The notes beneath the pieces were generated by a model. The model saw only the letters and a program-made list of their open reading frames with translations. It did no database searches and was not told the DNA's origin. This document shows, piece by piece, positions 12,938 through 25,199 of a stretch of DNA of 64,000 nucleotides. Position 1 is the stretch's first letter, and every line of letters begins with the position of its first letter. The translations under genes and the position numbers were made by a program. This stretch comes from Epiperipatus broadwayi (lineage: Eukaryota > Animalia > Onychophora): positions 14,074,001 to 14,138,000 of the forward strand of contig JAQFVV010000010.1 in assembly GCA_028023455.1 (NCBI GenBank), given 5' to 3'.

Positions 12938-13150
12938 TTCCATTACAGAAAATTAATAACCTCTATTCTAATGCATGACTAATAAAAATTGTCGAAATAG
13001 ATGACTTGAAATTTTTTTAAAAATAATAATAGCAAATCAAATGATTTTTAACATTGCATTCCTCATGAAGTTTTTAATTTGACATTATCCTAAATTTCAT
13101 TTTCAGTATTTTTTTTCCAGTGATTATTCATATTTTGTTTATAAATGGAT

Positions 13151-13255
13151 GTTTTTTTTTCATGTGTCATAGCATCGGCCGGGAAGCGAACCCGCTAACC
13201 TGGGACAACTGATTGTAAGGCAGCTGTGCTGATCTCTCGACTACAAACACTTGAC
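13151..13255 (-). mobile_element. tRNA-Gly-derived SINE, derived subfamily
   Basis: Minus strand reads gtcaa-GTGTTTGTAGTCGAGAGATCAGCACAGCTGCCTTACAATCAGTTGTCCCAGGTTAGCGGGTTCGCTTCCCGGCCGATGC-tatgacacatg-A9. Short TSD atggat. Confidence 0.8.
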
Positions 13256-14879
13256 ATGGATATGCTTTTGCACACTACAATACCATTTTTAGAGCTCTTA
13301 TTTTATTGTGTTAACAACATAGAGACAAACACTTCCTATGATAATATAATTATTATAAACAATCAATGCACATTATAATTAATTTTTTTTTGTTTTCATA
13401 ATAGATATTTGTAGAGTTCTGCATTCCATTTTTCCGAACTGACTAATAACAAAACACCGATTTTTGGCTATTTTTTATACTAATATCTTCTTGCTCTTTC
13501 ATTTTTTATCCTCCCTCCCCTTTCCAAAGATTTGTTTTCGATACTAGATCCTTTGTGGTCTTTCCAACTATTCCAGTTTTAATTAATGATAAAATAAACG
13601 AAAAATTTATTTAACCAATTATTTTTCCTTTCAAAATTACAGAATAATCATTAATTAATTAAAAATATTTATAGTTAAACCTATTTTAATTACTCATTAT
13701 AATTAATCATAAAAATCAAAAGTGTGTTCTTATTTTTTTAAAAAAGAAAACTGAATTCGACCATTTCGTAGTGTGCTAATTTCATAACAAAACTACAAAT
13801 ATTCTTTCTAATTGTAGAGGTTGATCTTTTGCTATACCACCCATTCTTTAATTCCAGTATCTTAGAGGAAAGTGGCAATGTATTGTGTTATGGGCGAATT
13901 ATGATATTATAATGAAATTCAAAATAAAGAAGAAAGTAGGGAAAAGAGCTAATAAAGTTGTGGAAGTCAAATAAATTATATTTCGAAATTGCTAATTATT
14001 ACTTACTGTCTACATGATTTTTTATATCATAAATTGATAGAAATGTTCCCTTCATTTGTGAAATTTGTGTTGGTGTTGAATTGAATTTAATTGCTAATCC
14101 AGATTGTGCTTTTGATATATATCAATTATCAACATGAGCTTGGAATGCATTTGGATCACTTGATAGATAAAGATTATTCATAAAAGCTCTGTATATTGGT
14201 GGAAGGTTGGGATATAAATTTGATATATGTTTTGGTTACATATATTTCCACAGTGTAATCATTAATATTTTCATAATTTTATGAAAACAGTCATATCATG
14301 TGCAATCCATTTTGTTTATGCATAAACTTTTATATATGAGTATATAATATATTCATACAGTAAAGTTTTTAAAACAATATGATGCGTATATATGTAACAG
14401 TTGGTAAATAGGCTCACTTTTACCAATTTTTTTCTCATTAAACGATTAGTTTGTGTATGAGTATGCATGTGAAATATTCGTTTATCATTAATTCCTCCTC
14501 CTCCCCTCCATTATGATTTTAATGATATGAGTTCATTAACGTTTATGTTAAGATACTAGAAAAAGAGTGGCAAAACAGTTGCAATCTACCAAGCTGTGAA
14601 AAATTACCATAATGATGATCGATTAGAAATTCTTAAGTTTGAGTGCCAGAATCATCCCAGATCGGTCACTCTATCACTGTTCAACAGTGCAGGGCATTTA
14701 AATATATGATTGTAATATAGGGATTGTACCAAATAGCTCAAACAGGTTATTTAATAAGTGTTGTAAGAGAAATACATAAGATCTCTATCTAGAATATTCC
14801 TACTCACGGACTACTTACATATTTGTAAATACAAGCTTTTTAAAAGCAACATCACGTTATATATGACTTGCTATGTTGA

Positions 14880-15165
14880 ATGTTAAACAGGTGTTACTGA
14901 CCTCATTAAAAAAATTAAAAGACTGAAGTGGAGTTGGACTGGACATATTGCTAGAGAGATGATAATAGATGAATAATTGAACTTTTAAACTGGATTCCAA
15001 GAGACGGTAAAAGACCCAAAAAGAAAACACATGTGAGATGGATGGATGAAATACGAAAATGTGCAGGGGTGATCTGGAGAAGAGAAGCTAAAGATCGGAG
15101 ATGAATTGAACTTGAGAGACCTTTCTGCAGTGGATTGATGATGGTTATTGATGATAATGATTGTG
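14880..15165 (+). mobile_element. RTE-clade LINE 3' end
   Basis: Frameshifted translation TGVTDLIKKIKRLKWSWTGHIAR / DNR..ELLNWIPRDGKRPKRK / VRWMDEIRKCAGVIWRREAKDRR, typical of the RTE ORF C-terminus. (TGA/TAA)-like repeat tail. Confidence 0.8.
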
Positions 15166-16498
15166 TAAATTATATATAAAAAGGTAATTTATTTGTAAAA
15201 AAGTTTTTTTTTTTGTTGAATAAAAATATGTAATTTATTTGTAACTGGAAGAGATTTGTTTCTTAACAAAAGAAACAAAAAGAGTATGGGAACTGAAAAA
15301 AAAAAATAATTATAGTCTCAGTAGGAAAATTGGACTGTCACCGCTGAAGATTTCAATGTTAGTGCCATTAACTAATGATGACCAGCTAAGGAGAGCGTGG
15401 TAGACTTGTGAATACTATTCCAGTGAACATCGCCAATGAAACATTCCAAAACGAACATATTAACCATTTTAAGGATCGTGTGCACCTTATATGACCCTTA
15501 TAATTGTATATATGTACTGTTAAATCTAGATGTATATTTCCTGCCTTTACTATGATGAAATAATTATAAATTGAGATGAAGACTAATCGCAAACTTTGAT
15601 CATTTCTAATACTCAATTGTTTAATTTACATAAAGCTGTCTTTTCTCTTACTAAATGAATTAGTAATCTATTGTACAATTATTTATTTCTAATTCTTTGG
15701 GTAAAGAATTTGACATTCATATATATTTTTAAATAAAATTTTAACAACTTTTCAAACGTAAATCTGCATTTCATTTTCTATTTTAATTTTATATCGTTTC
15801 ATACTTGTAGTCTGTGACCTTGAATAGTTTTCCGCATTGATTTATTGCAGTGGAGAAAGGAAAAATTTGTTCTCTAATTGAAACATTTATTCTTTTGATC
15901 AGGGAAACAATTTTTCTCTATTAATGTTTTCAAATTTAGCTGGAACTTTTGACCGTCCTATTTTTGTTATACAAACTTTGTGATTATCACCCGTGTTTCT
16001 GAAAATAGAATTATCATCTTTTATGTCTTAGTAATTGGGTCGAATCTTGACAGACTAGTTGACGGACAAAATGTAATTAAACATTTTGTTGGAACTAGCA
16101 TTGAATATTTTTCATTGTCAGACTAAAGCTTTACTGTAATCAATTCTTTATTAACAATAGACAACATTTCAGCCATAAAAAAAAACTATTATATAAATTA
16201 ATTCGTAAAAAAAGAAAATTGTAATTTATTTATTTACCTATTGAATGAGTTTTCTATTTACGATTTAAGGACCCAGTCTTACATTTCAAACATATTTACA
16301 GACATATGCAAAAAAGTGTTCGGCGATTCTCAAGTGTTTCCAAATAAATAATATGAAAATAACATATAGTTGTAAAATTTTTATAATTATAGAAAAGGAT
16401 CATTAGTATGAAAAGATTAGTTCATACTCCTTAAATGCTATTCTAAATAATGTGTACTGTAGCAAGTATATCTTATGCACAATAAGATAAAGTGAGTA

Positions 16499-16598
16499 GT
16501 CAAGCGTTGGTGGCATAGCTGCCTTACAAAACAGTTGTCTCGGGGTTCGCTTCCCCGGCCGACGCTTTGACGCATTAAAATAATAATAATAATAATAA
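16499..16598 (+). mobile_element. tRNA-Gly-derived SINE, D-arm deleted, (TAA)n tail
   Basis: gtcaa-GCGTTGGTGG-CATAGCTGCCTTACAAAACAGTTGTCTCGGGGTTCGCTTCCCCGGCCGACGC-tttgacgcat-taaaa(taa)n. Confidence 0.8.
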
Positions 16599-16714
16599 GA
16601 TAGAGCTTTTGCGATTTAGAATATTAAACATCATATGATCACCATTTCTTAATGCTTGCTCATAACTGTTATTAAAACGGGTCTGTTTTAATTTAGAATA
16701 TTACAATAAAAATT

Positions 16715-17150
16715 TTTGATATGGGCAACTAACTAACTATTTATTTATTTTTACACTTGGGGTGAGAAGGTAATTTTTGGTTTTCTCTATGCATTGATAG
16801 CTGCCTTCCAAGCCGGTCAACGCATTTGACATAAAAAAAACAAAACAAAAACAAACCTGATTATTTATTTACTTACAAATGTGTGGTGAGAAAGTAATTG
16901 TGGATTTTCTCTATGCATTGATATGGGTAACTATTTATTTACACACTTGTGATAAGATAATTTTTAGGTTTCTCTATGCGTATGGGTATCTAACTATTTA
17001 TTTATTTACAGACTGATGATGATAAGGTAATTGTTAGTTTTCTCTATGCATTGATATGGGTAACTAACTATTTATTTATTTACAGAAGGTAATTGTTGAT
17101 TTTTTCTATGCATTGATATGGGGGAACTAACTATTTATTTACACACTTGA
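16715..17150. repeat. Minisatellite, ~55-75 bp degenerate unit, about 6 copies
   Basis: Recurrent tatggg..aactaactatttatttattt...ggtaatt...ttttctctatgcattga. Interrupted at 16797-16860. Confidence 0.8.
16797..16840 (+). mobile_element. Internally deleted tRNA-Gly SINE fragment inside the minisatellite
   Basis: atagctgccttccaag-ccggtcaacgca-tttgacat-A8. Confidence 0.7.
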
Positions 17151-20149
17151 GTGTGTTTTGATGAAACAACTTTGTTTCTTAATAATAAATAAAACAAATT
17201 AAAATGATATAAGCAGCAATAAAAGTTCAGTGTTAAACAAAATGAAAGTTGAAAAAACAATTATGGAAAAGTAAAGAAAATAAGGGAAGCGCAAGTTAAT
17301 CATGTTCTTTGTTCAATTTTTTTTCCTGGCAGTAGTGTATGATCAGGTGGTAATATTTGTTTGTTGCTTGTAATTAATTAGCTCCCCCCCCCCCCAAATA
17401 ACAATTCACACATCAAATTTGGAGCTAAATTATTGAGATGCTGCAGTCAAATGATAACTAAGTAACCTGCTTTCTTGATAGTAATTTATCACTTTTTTCT
17501 TTTTTAGAAATACATAAATTAGACGGTTTCTACTTTTATTTAAATTTACAGGATGCTTCATTCTCATGTAAAAATCTTTGCTTATTAGAACCTATGGTCG
17601 TTTCTTTGGATAGAGCCATATATCCTATACTGATAACCAAAGAAAAAATTGATTAATGGAAAGGTTCATATTTTTCATTAAAAATATATATATAAAAATA
17701 AATCTGAAAATAATATCTGAATACAATCATTTTAATAAGCATAGTAATACAAAAAGTAATAATCTTTAATCCATAAGAAAGTAGTTGATGCCATTTATAG
17801 TTTACACTGTATTAAGTAAAATAATATATTAAAATTAGAAAATACAATCTTTATGAAAAAACAATCTGTTTATACCAAGAAATATATTAAGACTATGAAA
17901 ATGATGTTTTAGCAATGAAGCCAAGTGTAAATCCATAAAAAATTACAAAAACCAATATTTAAAATGAATACAAGTAACAAGCAATCCATAAATTAGGTTC
18001 CAAAAAACAATCCATTTTATGACAAAAATATTTATTAAAATTATAATGAAAATATGTAACAGTATTGAAGCTTTGTTATCCGGCATGATTGAGTATTGAG
18101 ATACAAGGTCTTATGTTATAGCATCATCCAGTGGCGTAGTGCGAATATAATGAAAGTTATGGCCTAGTCAAAATCTTAAAAAAAAATGTATGTCTTCATT
18201 TGTGTATATTTTATAGCATTTATGTTTTTCTTTTCTTTTTTTCTAAACAGATTGTTTTTGGGAATTTAAAATTATGAATTTGCATGGTATTTAATTTCAT
18301 GGTTTTATTTTATAGTTCTTGACTGAAATGCACATTTTGACCTGTGAATGCTTTATGGCAACCACATTTTATATTTTTCCCATAGCCAGATAGTTTTTTA
18401 GAATTTAATTTATGCTTTGTTTGACTCAAATTTATTACTATTGGTTCTTATGAATAACATGAACCACTTTTTGTAGTACTACTATAGTTATTAAAACCTT
18501 ACTTTTATTTATTTTGCAGATTGGTTTTTCAAATTTAATTACTATGAATTTGCATTTGGCATTTCATTTTTATATATATAAAATATGAAACTTATCATTA
18601 GTTTTGTCGTTGGTTATTGATATGTGGTTTCATCTAACAGGTAGACCATGGATTAGTAGTATCCTAAAACCTTTGTATTATTTTTTTCTCATACAAGTTT
18701 ATTAAATGATGAGTTACCACAAAGCACCATTACATAACGTACACTATCTCTACTTCATTATTTACATTACTGTTGTTTATAATTCTAAAGTCCCAAGAAT
18801 TTGTATTTAATTTACATATTTCTGACCATAGCTATAGTTTTTGTAATAAGTACTTATGAAAACACTGCAATGATAATGATAGTAATGACTCTAAGAAAAT
18901 GGAATAGGCAGAAAGTTTTGTAGTTGATTTCATTTAAGGATTAGTAAAATACCTTCATTACTGTATTATAAGAATGATGGGGTTTTTATTTGACAAAGAT
19001 TGAGACCAACGAAAAGGCTTTATCTAGATGCAGTCCTTAAAAATGAAAATCAGCACTTATTTTGTAAATACAATAAATAATAAATTTACATTTGATCAAC
19101 AATAATTCATTTTTGCCATTATTATTTTATGAGTTTTCTTTCTTTCTAATTTTTAAATACATGATAGTTTTTATATTATTCAGTATTAAATTTTACTGAT
19201 AAGTAAATTACAAATTTCTTTCTTTTTATTTATTAAACATAAGTGAAAATGGCCGTGAATAAAATCTAGTTATTTTGCATCTATGTATGTATATTTTGTG
19301 TTCATGAAGAATTAGTGTTATTATTTCTTTTATAAATATTAATATACTATACATATATATTACTATAAAAGTTTAAGCTTATATATAAACATATAAAAAC
19401 CAAATTAAGCACAGATTTTCATAATTTGTTTGAACACAATCCTATTATGTTAATTGGTTTATCATGTTATTTTTATTGTTTTTTAAGCTGTATTTTTAAA
19501 ACTGATTATTTTTTACATCCATTTTTTTAGAAATGTTTCTGTCGTGTAAAATGAGAACTATGTTTATTTGTTTTCTGGGTATAAAGTCAAATTCTAGCAA
19601 AGAATTCACAAACATATCCAAAATGATCTGTAAAAAAGAAACAAGCATTTAACCACACAGTCATTCATTTTTAAAAATTTACAACACAAATATTAAAGAT
19701 ATCATAAAACATGTAGAGGGTCTTACATTTTATTCACAATATTCTATAAAGTTCATTGACATTGGAGCTTTAATTTTTACAAAATAGTGTAAGGATTTTT
19801 TTTTTATGTGGCTCCTAAAAAAATGGGAGTGTGGAGCAATCATGTGGTCATGTTTATGATAGATAGCTATTCACCACCATTCAGAATTACTAATAAATTT
19901 CCACTTTGAATTTATACATGTATACTCATTTTATATTACTACAATTTTGTCCCGACTATAAGTTTGAATAATCAATAGATGCTACATAGTAATGCTTATT
20001 ATATACTATCTGCATCTATTGAACAATAGAACTAAAATATAAATAGTTCTTGATAAGCAGCTGGAGTCATGCTGTTTTTTTTGAATTTATTTTCTAAATG
20101 TATATATATATTAAATACAGATATATTGTCTATACTAAACTTAATGTAA

Positions 20150-20460
20150 AGGGATGGACTCATACTTTCAATCTCTCTATAGCTATTTACTCATGATTAT
20201 ATACATGTGAAAAAGATAAATGATTTTCCATATACGTATTTCATGCTGAACCAGCACTCAACAGTTGGTCCAGATCACCATCGACCACACATATATACAG
20301 CAGTATTCAGTTTATATTAAAGTAGCAAATCTTCATACCTTAATGGACAAGCTTCAATTGTCTCCACCCGCCAATTCTTCAGCCATCCATATCATTGAAA
20401 ATCCGACGATGAAAGATTCTAAGGCCTTGTTGATACCAATATTATCATACTCATGTTGTA
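20150..20460 (+). mobile_element. PLE GIY-YIG 3' remnant (family A)
   Basis: Aligns to the other family A copies. ORF 20265-20537 contains SVYIKVANLHTL, comparable to the PLE E-x-x-Y-I-K-x-x-x-P-x-L-N end motif. Confidence 0.7.
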
Positions 20461-21826
20461 TATTTGTAGAGTTGTGTATACCTATACATATTATTAAAAT
20501 ATTGCCATCCTTCCCAATTTTGAGTAATTTTAATTAAAAAAGCTAAATCGATGTACTTGTGATATGTATAGTGTTAATTGATTTTTGAATTAAAAGACAA
20601 ATTTATATTTGAGCTATAATGTTTTTTTTCTCCTTCCAATTATGCTTTGGTTTTATTTATTAAGAAATAACATATATTTTTATTATTATTTCAAAATGAA
20701 CTTTAATTTTTGGAGTGTTCTGTTAGCATAAGATAACATATTTCCTTATACTATTTAGGAAACAATTATCAAGGATTTGTTAGATTTTAATTAGTATTTT
20801 TTGTATTGGTTGATTACATATATCTTTTTGAATTTATATATATTGCTAATGTATTTTTTTTTTTTCAAATACAATAGTATATATGTGTATGAATTATAAA
20901 TAAAGTAAATTGTTGCTTTTGTTTTTTCTATTATAGTTTTATTGGCGGGAAAAGCTCAAATAAAAAAAAAAAAAGAAAATGAAAATTTTGAAAACCAATA
21001 AACAAATTATAATAAATTGCTCTTTTCATTTTGTCAATATAGATTGGAAATTATTTAAAAGCTCTCCTTTTATAATATAAAAGCTTAATAGGTTAACGGA
21101 AAATTATTCAAATGACAACTTTGCGTTCAACCATTCAAGCTAAAAACATTTTTTTTTTCAACATCGGCTGATATATATATAAACACTTATGAATGAAATG
21201 TTATTATTTCTTAATTTTCCAATCATCATATAAAACTCTGCTGGATATGTTTGTTTTGGACTCATCTAAACTATATTACTTATCAGTATTGTATCAACTG
21301 CATTCCAAAACCATTGTCATCAATTCACAGTACTGTATATATAATTTGAATGTTAGAAGCAGTGAAAGTTTTCATGGTGTAGTTATTAATTATTTTATCT
21401 GATACGAACTGGCATTAAAATCTGAATGCTTGTTTATTATTATTTTTTTTCTCATAGCCGATAATTTTTAGTAACCAGCAGACAGCCATTGATTTTAAAA
21501 TAATTTAGCAAGTGGAAATTGTAAATTATCTTTAAATCAAATTATTTTTAGTGTTTTGTAATTATTAAGACGTAATAAACTGTCAAGATGTGTAATACTA
21601 TAAATTCATGGAGGAATTGATGGGCCATTTATAAAGTGTAGTCATTAATTAAACCATTAGAAATTGGAAAGGATACAATATTAAGTTAAAAACTAAATGG
21701 ACCATAGAAGATAAAGATTTTTGGAACCAGTTAATATGTGATGCAATTTATTCTTCATTGTTCAGAGTTATAGCTTCTGTAATAATCTTTATAATATAAT
21801 ACTTTTAAACATAAACAATTTTCACA

Positions 21827-22600
21827 TGATATATAAGAGGATGTGTGGTTGTGCCAAAGCCAAAATGATTTGCTTACATAGGGATTTGAACTCAGGATTT
21901 TTCACTCTTTATCCTCCACTCCATCTCAACCAATTCACGTGACCACACACAATGATAAAGATACATAATCCCCAATATACATATCTCACGCAGAACCAGC
22001 AATCATCAGTTGGGAGAGATCATAATATCCCACACATATATACAATTAGTGCTCAGTTTATATTAATTATAGCAATTCCTTGAACTTTAATGAACATGCT
22101 TCAATTTTCTCATCCATCAAATTTTCAAATGTCCATTTCATTGAAAAACTGACAATGGAACTCTCAAAGCCCTTGTTGGATTTAAAATTGTAGTCATACC
22201 CGTGTAGACATTAGGTCAGTCCAATCTCTCATTATCGGACCATTACATACCCATAGTGTGAGGGGTTAGATTGACTTAGTGTTTACATGGGTATGACTAC
22301 AATATCAAATCCAAAAAGGGCTTTGATCGTTCCATCGTCAGTTTTTCAATGAAATAGACAGTTGAATAGTTGGGAGGATGAGAAGATTGAAGCTTGTCCA
22401 TTAAAGTTTGAATTGCTATCTTAATATAAACTGAGCACTGATTCTATATATATGTGGGAACCTATGATCTGGCCCAACTGATGTTTCTATACAAAATATG
22501 TTGGGGATTATGCATCTTTTTCACTGTGTGGTCATATGTATCAGTTGTTTGAGATGGAGTGAAGGATGAATAGACTGAAAAATTTTGAGTTCAAACTCTC
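21827..22600. mobile_element. Fold-back PLE remnant (family A, subfamily A2)
   Basis: Arms ~21880-22235 / ~22255-22600 are inverted. Left arm starts MIYKRMCGCAKA and, after a frameshift, AYIG (tac ata ggg at 21875-21883), i.e. the GIY and YIG halves. Confidence 0.8.
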
Positions 22601-23509
22601 TAATTACATATACAAGAAACATTCAGTATAAGAAATTACATACTACCTTAGAAGGATTATATTGGTTTTTTTTCTCCCTGGAAATTAATGGAAGGGGCTG
22701 CTTTAGGCTTGGGCAAGCTGTTGAACAAATAATAAATAAATTGATAAATAAATAAATAAATATATTTGAGTTATGGAAACTTATTTTCATACCTATTTAA
22801 TGCACATTGAAAGAATTTCTATTAACACACACACACAAATGTTTTAAAAAAATAATTGTAAATTTTTTTTTTTGTGTAAGATTTATGAAAAACAGAACAA
22901 AACCTTTAAATAATCATAAGAGTGAAAAGTAAATTAATATTTAAAATCAGATTGAAATAATCATATTTTAGTTGGTAATTTATTAATTTATGTACAGACA
23001 TGTATAATAATTAAGAATTGAATAAGTTGCTATGTAAATTATAAATTTTAATTTAAAACTTTGTAACAATTTTCTATGTAGTAATGATTTACAGATCACT
23101 GACAAAGAATGCATTGAAAGACATTAATAGAACTTAATATTTGATTTTTCCACATGATTTTAAATTAAAGAATTCATTTATTTGTATTATTTTCTAGAAA
23201 AATGTTAAATTATTTAATTAAGGGGATAGATGTGTTGGATCCCAATGGGAAAATTCTTGTCTCAAAATTTGAGATGATGGCTTTATACTTGTCGTTATAT
23301 GTTGAAACCCCCCCCCCCCATCATGTTTAGTTTAGAGGTTAATATATAATACACCATTTCAAGAGGTATTATTTTTCTCTCTTCTTCAGATATTGCTAAT
23401 GTGGCCAGTATTGTTAGTACTAACATGAGAATTGAACCAGATTCATTAATCAGAAATATTACCAAATTCACCACTTCCTTTATTTTGCTTTAATATCTTA
23501 TATTAATAT

Positions 23510-23740
23510 CTTATATTAATACTTTTCAGCAAAACCTTTTATTGTACATATATGCATACACTATCTTACGTTTCGACTATTCTGCAGTCTTATTCAGAGC
23601 CACTTTTAATTGAAGTAAAAGTGGCCCTGAAGAAGACTGCAGGACAGTCAAAATGTAAGATAGTGTATGCATATATGTGGTTTTTTGCTGAAAAGTGTTC
23701 AAAGTAGAGTGGATAAATTGCAGATTCATTAATATAAAGA
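23510..23740. mobile_element. Fold-back family D element with two hammerhead-like motifs (23568-23602 minus, 23623-23660 plus)
   Basis: Arms 23521-23607 / 23617-23697. Minus: CTGAATA-A-GACTG-cagaa-TAGTC-GAAA-CGTA. Plus: CTGAAGA-A-GACTG-cagga-CAGTC-AAAA-TGTA. Both cores carry one inactivating change. Confidence 0.75.
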
Positions 23741-25199
23741 TAATTATAATTAATTACTTGTTTATAGATTTTGCCATAATCTTATATAATTAACAATACC
23801 TTATTATAACTTGTAAAATTGCTCTAGACTTAATTTTGACTTGTCACCTGGGAATGTCTATTTCAATGTACCAACCTAAGGTAATATCTAATATTTTTAC
23901 TGTATTATGACTGAATTTAAAATCCGATTCTCTTTTTTGGAATATGATTAGCCAGCTCCTCATAGGATTCATTAATCATCTGCTTATGTAGTTTACAAAG
24001 TCCTTATAGTAGAATTATTTTTAGCTAAATTTATTCAGACTTCTTTCATGTAAAACATCCTACATAAAATCCTTTAATTAATCCATTACAGTATTTATTT
24101 CTGACTTTATATTAGATATATTAAAATATATTTTTTATACGCTTTATAAACACATTTAATCAAACAAATGCATGGTATTATTTTTTCCTCAGTTTTTCTC
24201 TGATGAAAGTATAAATTCAGTTAGCTGGATTTTTTGTATTTTCTATAAAATATTTTGAATTTCATTTAGCTCCAATTTGTTCTTTGTTGATTTCTATCTT
24301 TTAGTCTTTCTGCAGAAGAGAATCGGAAAATTGCTCATCTAGGAACTTTAAATAAATCTGTCTTCATCCTCACATAATTAATATACTTGCATATTTCTTG
24401 ATCATTCTTTGTCTAAACTACTACAGTTTGTCTTGGCATGATTTAATTTTTTAAAATTATTTGGTTGGGTTCAGTATTTGAATAATTTTTGAGTCAAACT
24501 TTTTCTCTGTTCATGAATTTACTTACTTTACTTGCTACTTTCCTTTTTGCCACTGTTACTAGGATATAATATATATAATTTATCTGTAACTTCCGGCCAA
24601 AAATACAATTTAACCAGAGATTTTATTGTATTGGCTGTTGATATTGTATGTTGATGCAGATGGTAATTATATCATCTTTATTCTTGTCTATATAATACCT
24701 TAAATCGGATGTTTGTCTGCTTCTTACATGAATTTATTGGATTCCAATTGATATGGAAGTGTGCAAATATGCTTTATTCTCTGTTTTATAATCTGTCAAA
24801 TCTATGTGAACACATTATTATCATTTTATTGCTTTTGGCCACATTTTTCAGTTTTTAATTGGCAATCTATCAGATTATAGACATTGGCAATCAATTGCCA
24901 TTAAAGTGTAGTCTTTGTAAATTGTAATTTTTTCCCATGCATTTCAAAAAGTCTTGAGCATGGCAAATTTCCTCATATCCATTCTATTAATATCCAATAG
25001 CCATTACTTCTTTGAGTTGTTTAGTTGTTATGTTATTATTCAGGTTTCTGGATTATAATACATGTACATAGTTCATTTATTTTTTTCTGTAAATCTGTCT
25101 TAATCAGATATATATATTGAATAAAGCATCAATATAGTTTATTTAACTACCTTTTTTAACAAGCTTTTCAGAATATCCCAAACCCCAGACTGGTTTCTG

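Noticed and set aside
14560-14710. Small-GTPase-like exon (KSGKT...VTLSLFNSAG)
   Set aside because: There is no usable donor, the G1-G3 spacing and residues are off, and it lies just upstream of the RTE fragment and resembles a LINE post-RT region.
15780-16180. Decayed ORF or viral fragment on the minus strand (likewise 35540-36050 and 62430-62830)
   Set aside because: Stop density is not clearly below the random expectation and no motif was recognised.
18128-18150. hAT-like terminus cagtggcgtagt; piggyBac-like ttaacacgtt near 52472
   Set aside because: No matching second terminus or TSD was found.
21880-21905. tRNA B-box-like GAGTTCAAATCCC at the ends of A2 copies (also 6297, 51345)
   Set aside because: It aligns with the YIG-coding region of A1 copies and would place a promoter at the wrong end, so it is probably coincidental.
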